A stretch of 64,000 nt of DNA from Camelus dromedarius (GCF_036321535.1 NC_087436.1:120654001-120718000); one strand, 5' to 3'. Shown: positions 12,126-25,409, counted from the first letter of the stretch. The notes: generated by a model from the letters alone, not told the origin. Translations and numbers: made by a program.

Positions 12126-12964
12126 TCCCAGTACCGTGGACTGGCTGCAGCAGGAAAGAGTTCACGTTCCGAGAAGCTGGTTCTGTGATTACTCGCCAGG
12201 CCCCCAAGGGCAGGACCTCCCTGGTTGTCCTTCTTGCTGGTGACCGTCGCCTTTCTCAGCACCTGACCCACACAGCTCGCAGTCTGCCGGGGGGGCGGGC
12301 GGATTTGCATCACTTCCCTAGAAGCAGAGCCCGAGTCGGGGATTCTCTGCAAGTGGCTCACTGAGGGTGTGCTCTCAGGAGAACCTGGAGGATGGCGTCA
12401 TGTCCCTTGAGGCTGCAGGGCTGGTTGATGTCTCACTGGCCACAGGCTGCCTGGCGAAGAGGGTGGACTCAGACCTGGCATCGTCGGGTCCGGGGGTCAG
12501 GCTGGCTGAGGGCAGTTCTCCGGAGAGGACGGTGGCCGGGAGCCATGTGCACTAACATCCCCAACAGCTGGGGGGCCGGGCAGGGGAGGAGGGGGGTGGG
12601 TGCATCACCAGGTGGAGGGGATCGGGGTGGGGCCCCTGGAGCCACAGCATCAGGACCACCTGGACTTGCTGGCCAGGCAGATCCTCTGGCCCCAGACCTG
12701 CCCCATCAGACATGCCGGGACCGGGGCCCAGCTGCCTGTTTCATGAGTTCTCAGGTTTGTGAACCGAACCCTGAGGGGCCGCACGGGATGCCCATACACT
12801 CTGCCTCTGTCATTTCACGGATGCGTGGTGGTCTCCCCGCGGGAGCACGGTACCTAATGGCTCTGCACACTCCTGTCCCCGCAGATGAGGGTCTGCTTGG
12901 ATGCAGAGAGAGGACACATTTTGCAATCATTGGAGAAAAAAAAGGGGTCACTTACAGGGTCGAT

Positions 12965-13335
12965 GAAGAAATGACCACAAACGTAAAACAGCAGACTGAC
13001 TCTCCTACGGTTCCGGAGGCAGGGCCAGGCTCTCTCAGAGCCTCCAGGGGAGCATGCTTCCTGGTCCCTTCCACTCCTGGTGGCCCAGGCGCCCCGGGCA
13101 CGTGGCCGCAGCATGCTGCTCTCTGCTCCATCTTCGCGTGGCCTCTCTTCTTCTGTGTGTTTTCTCCTCTTCCTGAAAGGATACTTGTCCTTGGATTTAA
13201 GACCCATTGGGAACCGGGATGATTTCATGTCAAAATCTTTACCTTAATTAAATCCGCAAAAGACCTCACTTCCAAATAAAACCACATTCTGAGCTTCCAA
13301 GTGGCCCTAGATTTTGGAAGACACCACTCACCGGC
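12965..13335 (-). mobile_element. MaLR solo LTR, MLT1C-like
   Basis: CTCTGCTCCATCTTCGCGTGGCC, AAGGATACTTGTCCTTGGATTTAAGACCCA, CCTTAATTAAATCCGCAAAAGACC..TTCCAAATAA..CACATTCTGAG. Confidence 0.85.
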
Positions 13336-13514
13336 TGCACTGCCTGTTTTTGCTGAAGTATTGACCTCGTTAACATCCGTCAGGGTCTGTCTGTCCCTCT
13401 GCCCCGAGAGCCCTTGAAGCAGGAGCTGTTTTTGACTGGTGGCTGCAGCCCTGCCACCGTCAAGGAGCCCATTACCTGCTAGGATCTTAGTAGAGAGGAC
13501 GCTGGGGGAGCCCG

Positions 13515-13685
13515 GAGAGAGAAAGACTTCTGGAGTCAAACAGGCCTGAGTCTGAGCCCTACTCCGCCCTGTCCCCGGACCTGGGCGTGCTGGTGGCCTC
13601 GCTGAGCCTCACTGGTTTTCTGTCCAAAGGCATTAACAGCACCTGCTCTCAGGGTTTGTTGTGAGTTTGGAAATAAAGGAAATCC
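13515..13685 (+). mobile_element. MIR SINE
   Basis: TCTGGAGTCAAACAGGCCTGAGT..CTGAGCCTCA..ACAGCACCTGCTCTCAGGGTTTGTTGTGAG. Confidence 0.7.
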
Positions 13686-15149
13686 GCAGGCGCAGGCTGC
13701 GGCCTCAGATGGCAGCTGTCCTGTAAATCACACGTGTCTGGATTGACCCCCCCCCCCCAGGGAGGGGCAGAACCTTGGGGCCCTGGAAGCCTGAACAGGA
13801 AAGGACAGCACATGCCACCCAGCCCATCCCTGGTGGACAGAGGAGTCACAGGGCTCCCACCAAACCCCCAGAGGGAAGCGGGTGCTACCTGTTGGCGAGG
13901 GGCAGAGACCGCGTCCTGTCTGTGGCCGACACTCTCAGAAGAAAGGGAGGCGGAGACCTTGTGTAAAACAGCACGGTTCCAGGAACAACCTGTCAGAGAT
14001 TGATCTGAGGGCAACGCTAGGAAGTTAGCTGCCCTCCCCCTGCCCCCAATCTGCCCCTACCTGGGCCGTTCCCGCCCTGCTCAGAGCTCTTCTGGTTATC
14101 GGCATCACCCTTCTCATCAGAAGGAAAAGATGTCTGCCTAAATTTAGAAGCTTTTCTGGGAAGAGAAGGCGCAGTGTGACAGTCAGGGGACGAGAAAGGG
14201 AACACAGCCCAGGGTGTTCACTGACACTGACACTCAGACAGGGTCCTGCGGCCCATGCGGAGGCCAAGGGAGGGCAGGCGCTGTCTCTGCCAGACCCTCC
14301 TGTGGTGTGGGCCCCGTGCGGGTGAAGCACCCAGCCCACAAACTTGTGTCTTCCTTGGTGCCGAGGCAAAGTGGTGTGACGGTGCCCACTGTGTAATTGA
14401 ATAACCCCACCAGAAAGGGGGGCTGTGCCTGGGGTCTCAGACTGGGTGAGAGACGGAGGTTGACCCCATCCCCTCTTGGCTCAAGCCCATTTTAGGCTTC
14501 TCTTCTCTCCCTGAAACAGAAGGTTTGTTTACCCTGGTGACCATCTCAGAGCCAAGGGTCAAGGCCCCTGGCTTTCGGCCTTGGTCTGCCTCTGCAGATG
14601 GGTGGTCAGAACAAGAGAGAGACAAACCAGTGAGGGCGTGGGAGTGCCCACCTCCCAGACCCACCAGTGAACCTTTGGCGACATGAGGCAACTACATAAG
14701 GTCAGGTCTGAGATCAGGTCTCCTGCCCCCAGACCAGTGTCCTCTTGGTGGAGAAGCCCCTGCCTGGAGCTAGGTCTGGTCCTGCTGGCCCGGTCCTCAG
14801 TCACCAGGTGAGTATAATGCCCCTCTTACCCATTAAGTGCCTCCCGTTTCATTTTCCCCACCCCAGCAGCTGGAGGGGTTGGCACTTGCCCGTTGAGTCC
14901 ACGTCCTCCAAGGGAAGGGTGTACCACCGTCTGAACCTCCTGGGGCCCTGGTAGACCGGGCCCTCCCCATCTGAGCAGATGGAAGAGGCCAGGGTGGCCC
15001 TGCTGGGAGCTGTCCCTGGTGCTGACCTCAGGCGAGGCTGCTCCTCAACCAACCAGACTCCCCTTCCCCAAAAGTTGACCCAATCTCTGTGCTAACCCAG
15101 TCCTTTCAGCATTTCCAGGCCCCTTGCCTCATCCAACTGCCATTTATAA

Positions 15150-15340
15150 CTGTTATTTCATTGTCCAACACTCACCAAGACCCACTGTTGCCAGGTACCA
15201 CGTTACATAGAAAATAAATAGATTAGATTTGTCCCCGCCTCCGTGGATCTCAGGATCTCATGGGGGAGAAAAGCAGGTATGTAAACAGATGTCCTATAAG
15301 GCAGAGGGGTCCAGAGCACTGAGAGGGTACAAAGGAAGCG
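15150..15340 (-). mobile_element. L2 3' end fragment
   Basis: CAACACTCACCAAGACCCACTGTTGCCAGGTAC..GTCCCCGCCTCCGTGGATCTCA resembles the antisense L2 terminus. Confidence 0.55.
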
Positions 15341-15414
15341 ACATACCCCGTATCTTGACCCCGGTCACTCTTCCACTCAAAAATACTGCCAGACACCTAC
15401 TGCACACCAGTCTG

Positions 15415-15862
15415 GTTCCACCAGAGGCTGCTGAAGAATGGGTAAACAAAATGTGACCTTTTCATACAGCAGAATAATATTCAACCCCCCAAACGAAGGA
15501 AATTCTGACACATGAGCCAACATGGATGAACCTTGAGGGCAACAGGCCAAGTGAAACAAGACAATCACAAAAGGCAAATATATGATTCCACTTACACGAG
15601 TTACCCAGAGCAGTCCTATTTATAGAGAAAGTAGAATGATGGCAGCAGAGGCAGAGGGGAGAAGGGAATAAGCAATAAGTGTTTAGCGAGGGCAGAGTTT
15701 CTGTTTGGAAAAGATGATGGAAAAGTTCTGGAGATGGCTAGTGGTAACACCATGCAACAAATGTGGATGTGCTTAATGCTGCTGAAATGTACACTTAAAA
15801 ATGGTTAAAATGGCAAATTTTATACTACATATATTTATCACAATAAAAAAGACATTAAAAAA
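15415..15862 (+). mobile_element. L1MB-like 3' end
   Basis: GGAAATTCTGACACATG..ACATGGATGAACCTTGAG, ATGATTCCACTTA, AAAGTTCTGGAGATGG, TGTACACTTAAAAATGGTTAAAATGGCAAATTTTAT..CAATAAAAAA. Confidence 0.9.
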
Positions 15863-16039
15863 GACTCAGAAGTCAAAGAGATGAGGCCACCACTGATCAA
15901 ACATGCAAAATTTGAACTTCACTAAATGCGATGTAGTTAACAGCAGTGATCTGAGATGCTTTAAGTATATTTAAATTCATGCGTTCTTAATGATTTAAAA
16001 AAGCAAAACCCCCAGTTGGCCACTAGTGGAGGACACCAC

Positions 16040-16385
16040 TCTGAACACTTGTGTACAGGTCTTTGTGTGAACATATGATTTTATTATTCATGTGTAAGTA
16101 AACAGGAGTGGAGTTGCTGGGTCACATGGAAAATGTCCATTTTACTTTATGAGAAACTGCCAGCCTGGCTTCAGAGCGGCCACACCACTTGCAATCATTC
16201 CAGCAGAGTAGAGCTTCGTGTGTTCCGTGTCCTCACCAACACTTGGTGTTGTTATATTTTTAGTTTCAGCCATGTTTGTGGGAGTGTGATGGTATTTCGT
16301 TGTGTTTTAATTTGCACTTTCCTAAAGGTCAGTGATGTTGAGCTTCTTTTCATGTGCTTATTGGACATTAATATATTTCCTTTTT
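16040..16385 (-). mobile_element. Old L1M ORF2 C-terminal fragment
   Basis: GGAGTGGAGTTGCTGGGTCACATGG, CCTCACCAACACTTGGT, GATGTTGAGCTTCTTTTCATGTGCTTATTGG. Confidence 0.8.
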
Positions 16386-16881
16386 GTTTGTTTAATTTGT
16401 GGGCTTTTAAAAAATTGAAGTATTGTTACCCTACCACACTATGTTAATTCCAGGTGCACAGTATAGTGATTCAGTATTTCTATACGTTACAAATCGCCTA
16501 TACAACAATCACCACAGTAAGTCTAGTCACCACATAGAGTTGTTACATAGTTACTGACTGTATTTTCTGTGCTGTACGTTACATCCCCGTGATGTTTATT
16601 TTGCAGCTGGAAGTTTGCACCTGTTAACCTCCCTCACCTATTTCGGTCATCTTCCCACCCCTCTCCCCTCTGGCAACCACCTGTTTATTCTCTGTATCTG
16701 AGTCTGTTTCTGTTTTGTTATGTTTGTTCATTTGTTTTATTTTGTTTTTTATTTTAGATTCCACATACAAGTAAAATCATGTCGTATTTATCCTTCTCTG
16801 TCTGACAATTCACTTAACATAATACCCTCCAGCTCCATTCATATTGCTGAAAAAATTATTTTTATGGATGTGTAATATTCC

Positions 16882-16883
<2 letters not shown>

Positions 16884-16922
<39 letters not shown>
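16884..16922. repeat. (TG)19 microsatellite inside L1
   Basis: Perfect TG run, read directly. Confidence 0.97.
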
Positions 16923-16924
<2 letters not shown>

Positions 16925-18336
16925 ACATCTATATCATATCTTCCTTATCCATTCACCTATTGATGGGCACTTAGATTTCTTTCATATCTTGGCTATTGTA
17001 AATAATGCTGCAATGAACATAGGATGCTCATGTCTTTGTGAATTAGTGCTTTTGATTTCTTCAGAAAAGCACTAAGATGTGGAATTGCTGGATCCTATGG
17101 TAGTTCTATTTTTAATTTTTTGAGGAACCTCCATACTGTTTTCCATAGCAGATACATGAATTTACATTGCTACCAACAGTGCAGAGGGCTCCCTTTCCTC
17201 CACATCCTTGCCAAGTTATTTGTGGTCTTTTTGATCATAGCTGTTCTGACAGGTGTGAGGTGGTATCTCATTGTTGTTTTATTTGCATTTTCCTGGTGAT
17301 TAGTGATGTTGAGCATCTTTTTATGTACCTGTTGGCATCTGTATGTGTTCCATGGACATACAATATCTATTCAGGTCCTCTGTCCATTTCTTAACTGGGT
17401 TTTTTGGGTTTTTTTGGTGTATAAGTTCTTTGTATCTTTTAAATATTAACCCCTAGTTGATATATTGTTTGCAAATATCTTCTCCCATTCAGTAAGCAGC
17501 CTTTTCACTTTGTTGATAGTTTCTTTCGCTGAAAAAAGCCTTTATAGTTTGATGTAGTCCCATCTGTTTATTTTTGCCTTTGTTGTCTTTGCCTGAAGAG
17601 ACATATTCAAAAAAATATTGCTAAGACCAACGTCAAAGAACATAATGTCTATGTTTTCTTCTAGGAGTTTTATGGATTCAGGCTTTACATTTAAGTCTCC
17701 AATCCATTTTGAGTTTATTTTTGTATACGGTGTGAGAAAATCGTCCAGTTTGATTCCTTTGCATGTAGTCGTACAGTTTTTCCAAAACCATTTCCTGAAG
17801 AGGTTGCCTTTCCCCACAGTTCACCCTTACTTCCTTTGTTGTAGCTTAGTTAACCATAAAAGCATGAATTTATATATGGGCTATTTATTCTGTTCCATCG
17901 ATCCAAGTGTCTGGTTTTTTTTTTTTGGTGCTAGTACCATACTGCTTTGATTACTGTAGCTTTGTAGTATAGTTTGAAGTCAAAGTGCTTAATGCCTCCA
18001 GCTTCGTTCTTTCCCAAGATTTTTTTTTTTTGGCTATTTAGGGGATTTTTTGTGTGTGTTTGTGTGTGTTTCCATACAAATTTTATAATTATTTATTCTA
18101 GTTCTGTGAAAAATGCCATTGGTATTTTGATAGAGATGCACTGAATCAATACATTTCCTTGGGATTTCACCTCATTTCCTGGGCTTCCTTGGACATTTTA
18201 ACAATATTAATTCTTCCAATCCCTGAGCACCGTGTATCTTTCCATTGGTTTGTGTCATCTTCAATTTCTTTCATCAATGTTTATGATTTTCTGATTACGG
18301 GTCTTTTACTTCCTTGGTTAGATTTATTCTTTGGCA

Positions 18337-18426
18337 TTTCTTTTTCTCCTCCTCCTCCTCCTCCTCCTCCTCCTTCTCCTTCTTCTTCTTCCCCTTCTTC
18401 CTCCTCCTCCTCCTTCTTCTTCTTTT
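18337..18426. repeat. (CCT)n/(TCT)n polypyrimidine tract inside L1
   Basis: About 90 bp of C/T only, in triplet repeats. Confidence 0.95.
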
Positions 18427-20469
18427 GATGCAATTGGAAATAGTACTGTTTTTTAAATTTTTCTTTCTAATAGTTCATTCTTAGTGTATAGAAACACAAC
18501 TGATTTCTGTATATTAATTTTGTATTCTGCAACTTTACTGAATATGTTTATTAATTAGTTCTAGTGGGTTTTGGTGGCATCTTTACAATTGTCTTTATAC
18601 GGTATCATGTCATCTGATAACAGTGATAGTTTTACTTCTTCCTTTCCAATTTTGATTCTTTTCATTTCTTTTTCTTATCTGATTGCTGTGGCTAGGATTT
18701 CCAATACTACATTGAATAAAAGTGGTAAAAGTGGACATTTTTGTCTTGTTCTAGATCGTAGAAGAAAAATTTTAGCTTTTCACCATTGAGTATGACGTTA
18801 GCTGTGAGCATCATATTGGCCTTTATTACAATGAGATATGTTTCCTCTATGCCTACTTTGTTAAGAGATTTTGAATGTTGAAATTTGTCAAAAGCTTTTT
18901 ATGCATCTATTGAGATGATTGTATGATTTTTATTCTTCAGTTTGTTAATGTGATATATCACATGGATTAATTCATGGGTGTTCAACCATCCTGCATCCTT
19001 GGGACAAATTCCACTTGATCATGATGTATGATCCTTTTAATGTATTGTTGAATTCAGTTTGCTAATATTTTGTTGAGGATTTTTGTACCCATGTTCATCA
19101 GTGATATTTGCCTATAATTTTCTTTTTCTGTGGTGTCTTTGGTTTGGTATCAGGGTATTCTGACTTTATAGAAAGAGTTTGGAGTGCTCCATCCTCTTCA
19201 ATTTTATGGAATTGTTTGAGAAGAATAGGTATTAGCTCTTTTTAAAATATTTAATAGAATTCACCTGTGAAGCTGTCTGGTCCTAGACTTTCATTTGTTG
19301 AGAGTTTTTAAATGACCGATTCAACTTTATTACTGGTAATTAGCCAGTTTATATTTTCTATTTCTTCCTGATCCAGTCCTGGGAGATTGTACATTTCTAG
19401 AAATTTGCCCATTTCTTTTAAGCTGCCCATTTTATTGATGTAAATTTGTTCATAGCAATCTCTTATGATCCTTTTTATTTCTGTGGTCTCAATTGTAACC
19501 CTTCCTCTTTCATTTCTGATTTATTTATTTAGGTCTTCTTTTTTCTTGATGACACTAGTGAAAGGTTTATCAATTTTGTTTATCTTTTCAAAAAACCAGC
19601 TCTTAGTTTCATTGATCTTTTTTATTTTTCTTTTAGTCTCTATTTTATTTATTCCTGCTCTGATCTTCATTATTATTTCTTTCCTTTTACTAACTTTGGG
19701 TTTTGATTGTTCTTTTTTTCTAGTTCCTCTAGGTGTAAGGTTAGGTTGTTTATTTGAAATTTTTCAGCTATTATTTCTTCAAATAATTTCTCTGCCCCTT
19801 TCTCTCTCTCTCTTCTCCTTCTTGGATTCCTAAGTTAGTAGACATGATGTCCCATAGATCTCTTGAACTATCTTCATTATTTTTTTTCTTTTTTCTATTT
19901 AGGTTGAGTGATTTCCACTATTCTGTCTTCCAATGTGTTGAGTCATTCCTCTGTATCATCTAATCTACTGTTGATTCCTTCTAGTGTATTTTTTATTTCA
20001 GTTATTTTATCTTTCATCTCTGTTTTGTTCTTCTTTATACTTTCTGACTCTTTGTTAAACTTATCACTATGTTCATCCATTCTTCTCCTCAGTTTGTTGA
20101 GCATCTTTATCATCATTACCTTGACCTCTTTATTGGCTAGATTGATTATCTCCACTTTGCTTAATTTTTCTTCTGGGGTTTTATCTTGTTCCTTTGTTTG
20201 GAACATATTCCTCTGTCTCCTTTTGCCTAATTTTCTGTTTTTATTTCTACATAGTTGTTAGGTTGGTTACATTTCCTGATCTTGGAGAAGTAGCCTTATG
20301 TAGGTGACATCCTATGGGGCCCAGCAGCACGGTCTCCTCTGGTTACCAGAGCTGTATGCTCCAGGGGTACCCCCATGTGGGTTGCATGGACCCTTCTGAT
20401 GTGGTGGGGATGACTAATGTGGGTGGGCTGGTAGTTGGGTAATTTTCACAGGCAGGATTTTATCACCTA

Positions 20470-20670
20470 CAAATCATTTCCTCATTTGACCTGCACAACA
20501 CCCTGCCACAGAAAGAAGGCTGGATAGAATTTCTCTGTTCTGTTGTGCAGGTAAAGAGGCTGAAGCACAGAGACATTCAGACACCTGTCCAAGGTCACAC
20601 AGCTGGTGAGGCAGAGCTAGGATTTGCACCCTGGGCTCTGTTTTTGTGTTCCAGGTCAGCCTCTGCTCTC
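20470..20670 (-). mobile_element. MIR SINE
   Basis: CTGAAGCACAGAGA..CCTGTCCAAGGTCACACAGCTGGTGAGGCAGAGCTAGGATTTGCACCC. Confidence 0.85.
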
Positions 20671-21009
20671 CATCATGACTCCTTCACCTGCTCAGTGTTT
20701 ACTCTTCAAGTCGGTCACTCCTCCTCCCTCAACCTGCTGGGCTGTAACTTGGCAAAGCTTGGAATTTGCCCCATCCAAGCATTCCTTTGTTTGTGCACTG
20801 AACAAACACTAAGGCCCAACTTCTAGCTGTCCTGGGGATGAAAGCAGATGATGGGTACAGGGCACCTCGCTGGCTTTTGTTTACAGCAGGTCCCCCCAGG
20901 TTTCCTGAATCTGTATGATGGGTGTGCTCTGTCTCCAGCAGAGTGGCAGCTGAGTCAGGGCCCCAGGGCTGGCCACTCCAAGGCTCTCTGCTCACCCCCT
21001 AACACAGCA

Positions 21010-21480
21010 TTATATAGGGATGTGTGTGTCATCAAGGGACCACCAGGACCAGAGCAATATTGAAGGCAGGATCGTAAGAGGGGCTTAGTGGCAAATGTGT
21101 GGCTGTGGAGGACCACAAGGGAGGGTTTAGTGCCAGGGTTTGTAGCAGCTGAGCTGCTACCTCTTCTAGTCCTGATGGGACAAGGGGAGGGAGCAGTTCT
21201 TGCAGCACAAGAGAGACGGAGTGGGGAGAGGGAGGAGGAGGGGAGAGGAAAGAGACAGAGGGAGGGAAAGAAAGAGAGAGAAAGGGACAGAGAGCTTCAG
21301 TTGCAGACTCCCTAGCTCCTGTGACCTCACAGGGAGGCATCGGGGCCCTGAGGACTCTGCCCTTGCTCTTCCCCCCCCCCGACCCCCTATTGGCTAGGCT
21401 CCCTATTGGCCATGTCCCGCTGGAAGACACAGGCCAGTGGATGCGCCCTTCCAGGTCAGCATCCCAGGGCAGAGAGAGGA
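21010..21480. mobile_element. Possible ancient ERVL LTR (LTR33-like)
   Basis: Weak resemblance (TGCTACCTCTTCTAGTCCTGATGGGACAAGGGGA; GGCTCCCTATTGGCC..CCGCTGGAAG). Family assignment is uncertain. Confidence 0.35.
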
Positions 21481-24102
21481 TGAGGAGGAGCCCGTGGGCG
21501 CTCTTGTTGCAGTGGCACAAGTGCAAGTCGGGGAGGACACAAGATGCCCTGGAGACTGCATGGTCTGAGGGTCCTTCCACGATGACAAGACTAAGTACAC
21601 AGACAAGCCTGCCTCATGGGGAACACGAGCCTCCTTCAGGCCAGGGAGCAGCCTGTCCTCAGAGGTGTGCAGCAGGAGCTAGAAGGGCCACTCAGAGTCA
21701 GGAGTGGCTGGAGGGGATCCATCCCTGGACAGAGGGTGGACCTCCGGACAGGCCCATGGACAGGCCCTGCTGTGGGTACTGGGCAGGGAGGCGGGCACTT
21801 TACTGTTCAGAGCATCCTCCCCTCCTCTGCTGGAGGGCTAGACTCCGTTGTAGGAATGAAGTGCCCGGTGGCTGTTAATCAATGGTCAATGTCTGTGATC
21901 CCCACGCGGGGCTGGAACAGGGGGCGTGAGGAAAGGCATGTGGCCGAGGCCGCCTGGGATCTGAAAAATAGCCCCCTTCGGCCTCCGCGGGGAAGCGTTC
22001 TCCCACAAACACTCTTGAGAGTTTGGGGGCCCGGACATTTGCAAAACATTTCAAGACATCTGAAGAGCTACAGAGACACGTGGCTTTGCTTAGGCCCTGA
22101 CCGAGCCGTCTTTCTTGTGGGATTCGGCCCGCTCTATCTCGGAGCCCAAGGAGCCAGGAGGGGAAAATGAAAAACAAAGTTTTAAAGAATTATCGCAGCT
22201 TCGTTCCTTCCTTGCCGCCTCTCTTTCCCTTTCAAGTTGACAGAAGAGAGCTTCGCCCCCTCCCAGATTCTTTGCAAATGTGAAATGGAGCATCCTCGCC
22301 ATCCCGGGCACCACATTTGATTCTGATTTGCACCCGGAGTGTGATGACAAGCGCCCCCGGCCGATAATGGACGAGGCCGCGCTCAGAAAGGTGAGGCTCC
22401 AGGCCCCGCCATCACTCTCGCCGCTGCAGCCTCACTCAGCCGGTCAGGGGTATCTGCGGGGCCCCGGTCCCACGGGGGGCAGGCAGCGAACCCGCCATGG
22501 CAAACGGGGCAGCTATGCGGGGTCGGGGGTCGCTGCAGAGGTCAGGGACCCGTCTGGGTGGACGTGACGGGCGTTTAGATGACCTGACCAGATGGAAGTA
22601 AGGGGGGAGGTGCCGGGGCGTCTCAGGCCAAGGCAGGGTGGGCAGCGGTGGGGCCTGCAGCTGGGCAGTGGCCAGGGCGGTGGTGTCCACCCTGGGGACT
22701 TTCCAGGCTCCAGCAGCTTGCAGACCGTGGATTCACTTCTATCCTTCTCCCAGGCTTGGCCGTGTAACCCGGCTGTGCTGGCTCTGGGCAGCCTCTGACC
22801 CCCAGCCGCAGAGTGAGGTGGAGGAGGCACTGCGCCCGCTCAGAGCCTCGGCCTCCGGAAGCCTGTGTGTTTCTGCTTCCTCCTGGCTCTGCCTTCACCC
22901 CGGCAGGTGCCGGGTAGCCTGCTGAGGCCGGAGGCACGGGGGTTGGAGCAGGCGCCCCCGGCCGCCTCAGCCAAGGCTGCCCGAGCCCAGCAGAGCTCCC
23001 CAGGCCGCACAGCCACACGAGCCTCATGCGTACCGTCATTGTCACCGCGCCTGCTGTGGTCTGTTTCGTAGCAAAAGCTATCCGATGCAGAGACCCCCGG
23101 CTGTCCTGCCCTCTCCATCTTAATTTCCCTTTCCCTTTCCGGTCAGACTGTGAACTCTCTCTGAGTTCCACTCCCAACGGGGTCCTTCCCCTACAAGGAC
23201 CCCCAGTCTCGCAGCGCCTGACTCCACCCTACCCTGACCACAGGAGGACGGAAAGTCACACTGAGAAGCAGCACTGGTTCCCTTAAAGGTACTGGGTCTG
23301 GAGGTCTGTGTCCCAGCTCGGCCGTGTACCAGCCACGTGGCCACTGATAGCTTCCTGATGGTGGAAACGTGGGCGGGAATGAGCACCCGCTCACCAGAGC
23401 TGCGGTGCAGGTGACACCTGCTGAACACAAAGCTGGGCGTGACACTCAGAGGACAGGGTCCCAGCAGCAGCGCCCATGCTGCAGGCAGCAGAATGGCGGG
23501 CTGGGGGCATATTTCGAGCCCCTCTGTGACAGAGGGCTTGTTGGCTCATCCTTCCCTCCAGGAGAGGGAGCAGAGAGACACTGCCAAGTGCAAATTTGAC
23601 AACCAGACACCGTGCTGAGGCTGCTGGACAGCCCAGCCTGCTTTGATCCCGGGCTGTCTGGGCCGCCCGTTCTCTAGCTGCCCAGGGTCTGTTTTCCATT
23701 TTGAGTTTGGCCGGGCCTCCCCCTTTATGGAAGATCAATGTCAGGTCCCAGCAGATGGAGCAGCGGGCAGGAAGGAAAGGCACGTCTCCCGTCCTTGGCG
23801 CTAGTACCCCTGCTCACCTGGCCCCCTGGGTGAGAGGGGTCCTGGGAGACCCCTGGAGGTTGGAAGTTTTGCTGTGGGATGGAGACAAAGGTGCCACCAG
23901 ATGGAAGGTTTCCAGGTGGCTCTGCAGGCCTGCAGCATGGTTACTGTGGCCCCCGGCAGCATGATGTCCTGTGGGAGGACCTTACGCCCAGGGCTTAGCA
24001 GAGCAGCAAATGGAGATTTTGAGGGTGGGTACTAACCTGGTGAAGGCGGGAATGGGTCTTGGCCTTGGGAGTTGTTCAAGGAATCTTTGTCAAATAAATC
24101 CA

Positions 24103-24310
24103 TGGATGATCAGTGGATGGATGGATGTATAGATGAATGAATGGATGAATAGGGGATGGATGGATGGGTGTATGGATGGATGGATGGATGGATGGGTGGG
24201 TGGGTGGGTGGATGGATAAGTGAATAGATGGATGGGTGGATGGATGGGTGGGTAGGTGGATGGATGGGTAGTTGGGTGGATGGGTGAGTAGATGGACGGG
24301 GATGGATGGA
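24103..24310. repeat. Degenerate (TGGA)n/(TGGG)n simple repeat
   Basis: About 200 bp of TGGA/TGGG/TGAA tetramers. Confidence 0.95.
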
Positions 24311-24579
24311 TCCCACCCCACCTTGCTCTGGTTCTATAGAAGCGGGTAAGCTGTTCTCATCTACATAAAAGGAACAATAAGCCTTTCTCTGCTCCTCTCC
24401 CCTCCTGTGAAACAAGGTAGTGATCTGAGAGTCATGTGGGGTGACAATGTGGTGTCATGAGAAGAAACAGAAACTTGGAATGAGACTAGGAATCTCGGCT
24501 CAACTGCTTTCTCTCTGTAGGAAGCCTCCTGGATGTCAATCCACTGATGAGGGCCCTTGTCCCCCTTGCTCACCTCTGC

Positions 24580-24897
24580 ATCCACCGCGTCACTGCCAAA
24601 TTTCATGCGTGGAAGCCCTAACCCTCGTGTGGTGATGTTTGGAGTCGGGGCCTTTGGTAGGTCAGGTGTAGATGAGGTCATGAGGGTGGAGCCCCTGTGA
24701 CGGGATCAGTGCCCTTACGAGAAGAGACACCGGTTCTCTTTCCTGCTTGTGAGCGTGCGGCAAGCAGGTGGCCGCCTGCCTGCCGGGAAGGGGGCTCTCA
24801 CTGGGAGCTCAGGCAACCAGCACCTGATCCCAAACGCCCAGCCTCCAGAACTGTGAGGAGTAAATTCCAGTTGTTTAAGCCTGAGCCAACTGATACA
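24580..24897 (+). mobile_element. MaLR solo LTR, MLT1A-like
   Basis: GAAGCCCTAACCC, GGGGCCTTTGG, GATGAGGTCATGAGGGTGGAGCCCC, CAGCCTCCAGAACTGTGAG, GTTGTTTAAGCC..CTGATACA. Confidence 0.88.
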
Positions 24898-24957
24898 ATC
24901 ACCCACAGCATCTGGCACACCGTAGCACTCAAAAAACACACTCACTGCCCCACAGAA

Positions 24958-25040
24958 CCACTCTGAGCCTCAGTTTCTTCAACTGCAAAATGGGGGTAAC
25001 CACAGCCACTCCTTTCTTGGAGAGCTGTGGTGAGGTCAGC
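24958..25040 (+). mobile_element. MIR core fragment
   Basis: CTCTGAGCCTCAGTTTCTTCAACTGCAAAATGGGG. Confidence 0.8.
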
Positions 25041-25409
25041 CACAGCAAGTGATGGAGCTGGCTGTGCTGGGTGCACATGATCGCGCTCTTGTAGCAAGTT
25101 ATTCCTGGTATCATCATTAAACAAAGACCTTAAAAGCAAAGATAGCAGCCACACGGAAAACACACCCACCTAGTAACATGTAGTAAATTGTAGGACATGT
25201 CTTGTTTCCTGCGCAGGGCTTCTGCAGGTTAGCCAGGTGGACGGTCTCAGGGTTGGCTAGTTTACCCCATGCTGTCGGAAGGATCCAGTCCTTCTGATCC
25301 TTCCATTCTGTGATCCAAGCTACACCCACCCTCTCTCTCCTCATGGACCCAAAACGGCTGCCCATGCCCCACCTATCTCCTCCACACCCCTGGGAACAAG
25401 GCGGGCAGC

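Larger units (their letters stand above)
16405..20440 (-). mobile_element. ~4 kb inactive LINE-1: 3' UTR, most of ORF2, N-terminal ORF1 and part of the 5' region, with an internal deletion
   Basis: ORF 17542-17817 encodes an L1 ORF2 C-terminal segment (LTPYTKINSKWI..KAKINRWDYIKL). ORF 19943-20206 encodes the ORF1p coiled coil (..EIKNTLEGINSRLDDTEE). Antisense L1 sequence is continuous, with stops and frameshifts. Confidence 0.93.

Noticed and set aside
16405..20440. Active L1 or retron-like RT system
   Set aside because: ORFs are broken by stops, frameshifts and microsatellites, and the endonuclease domain is deleted.
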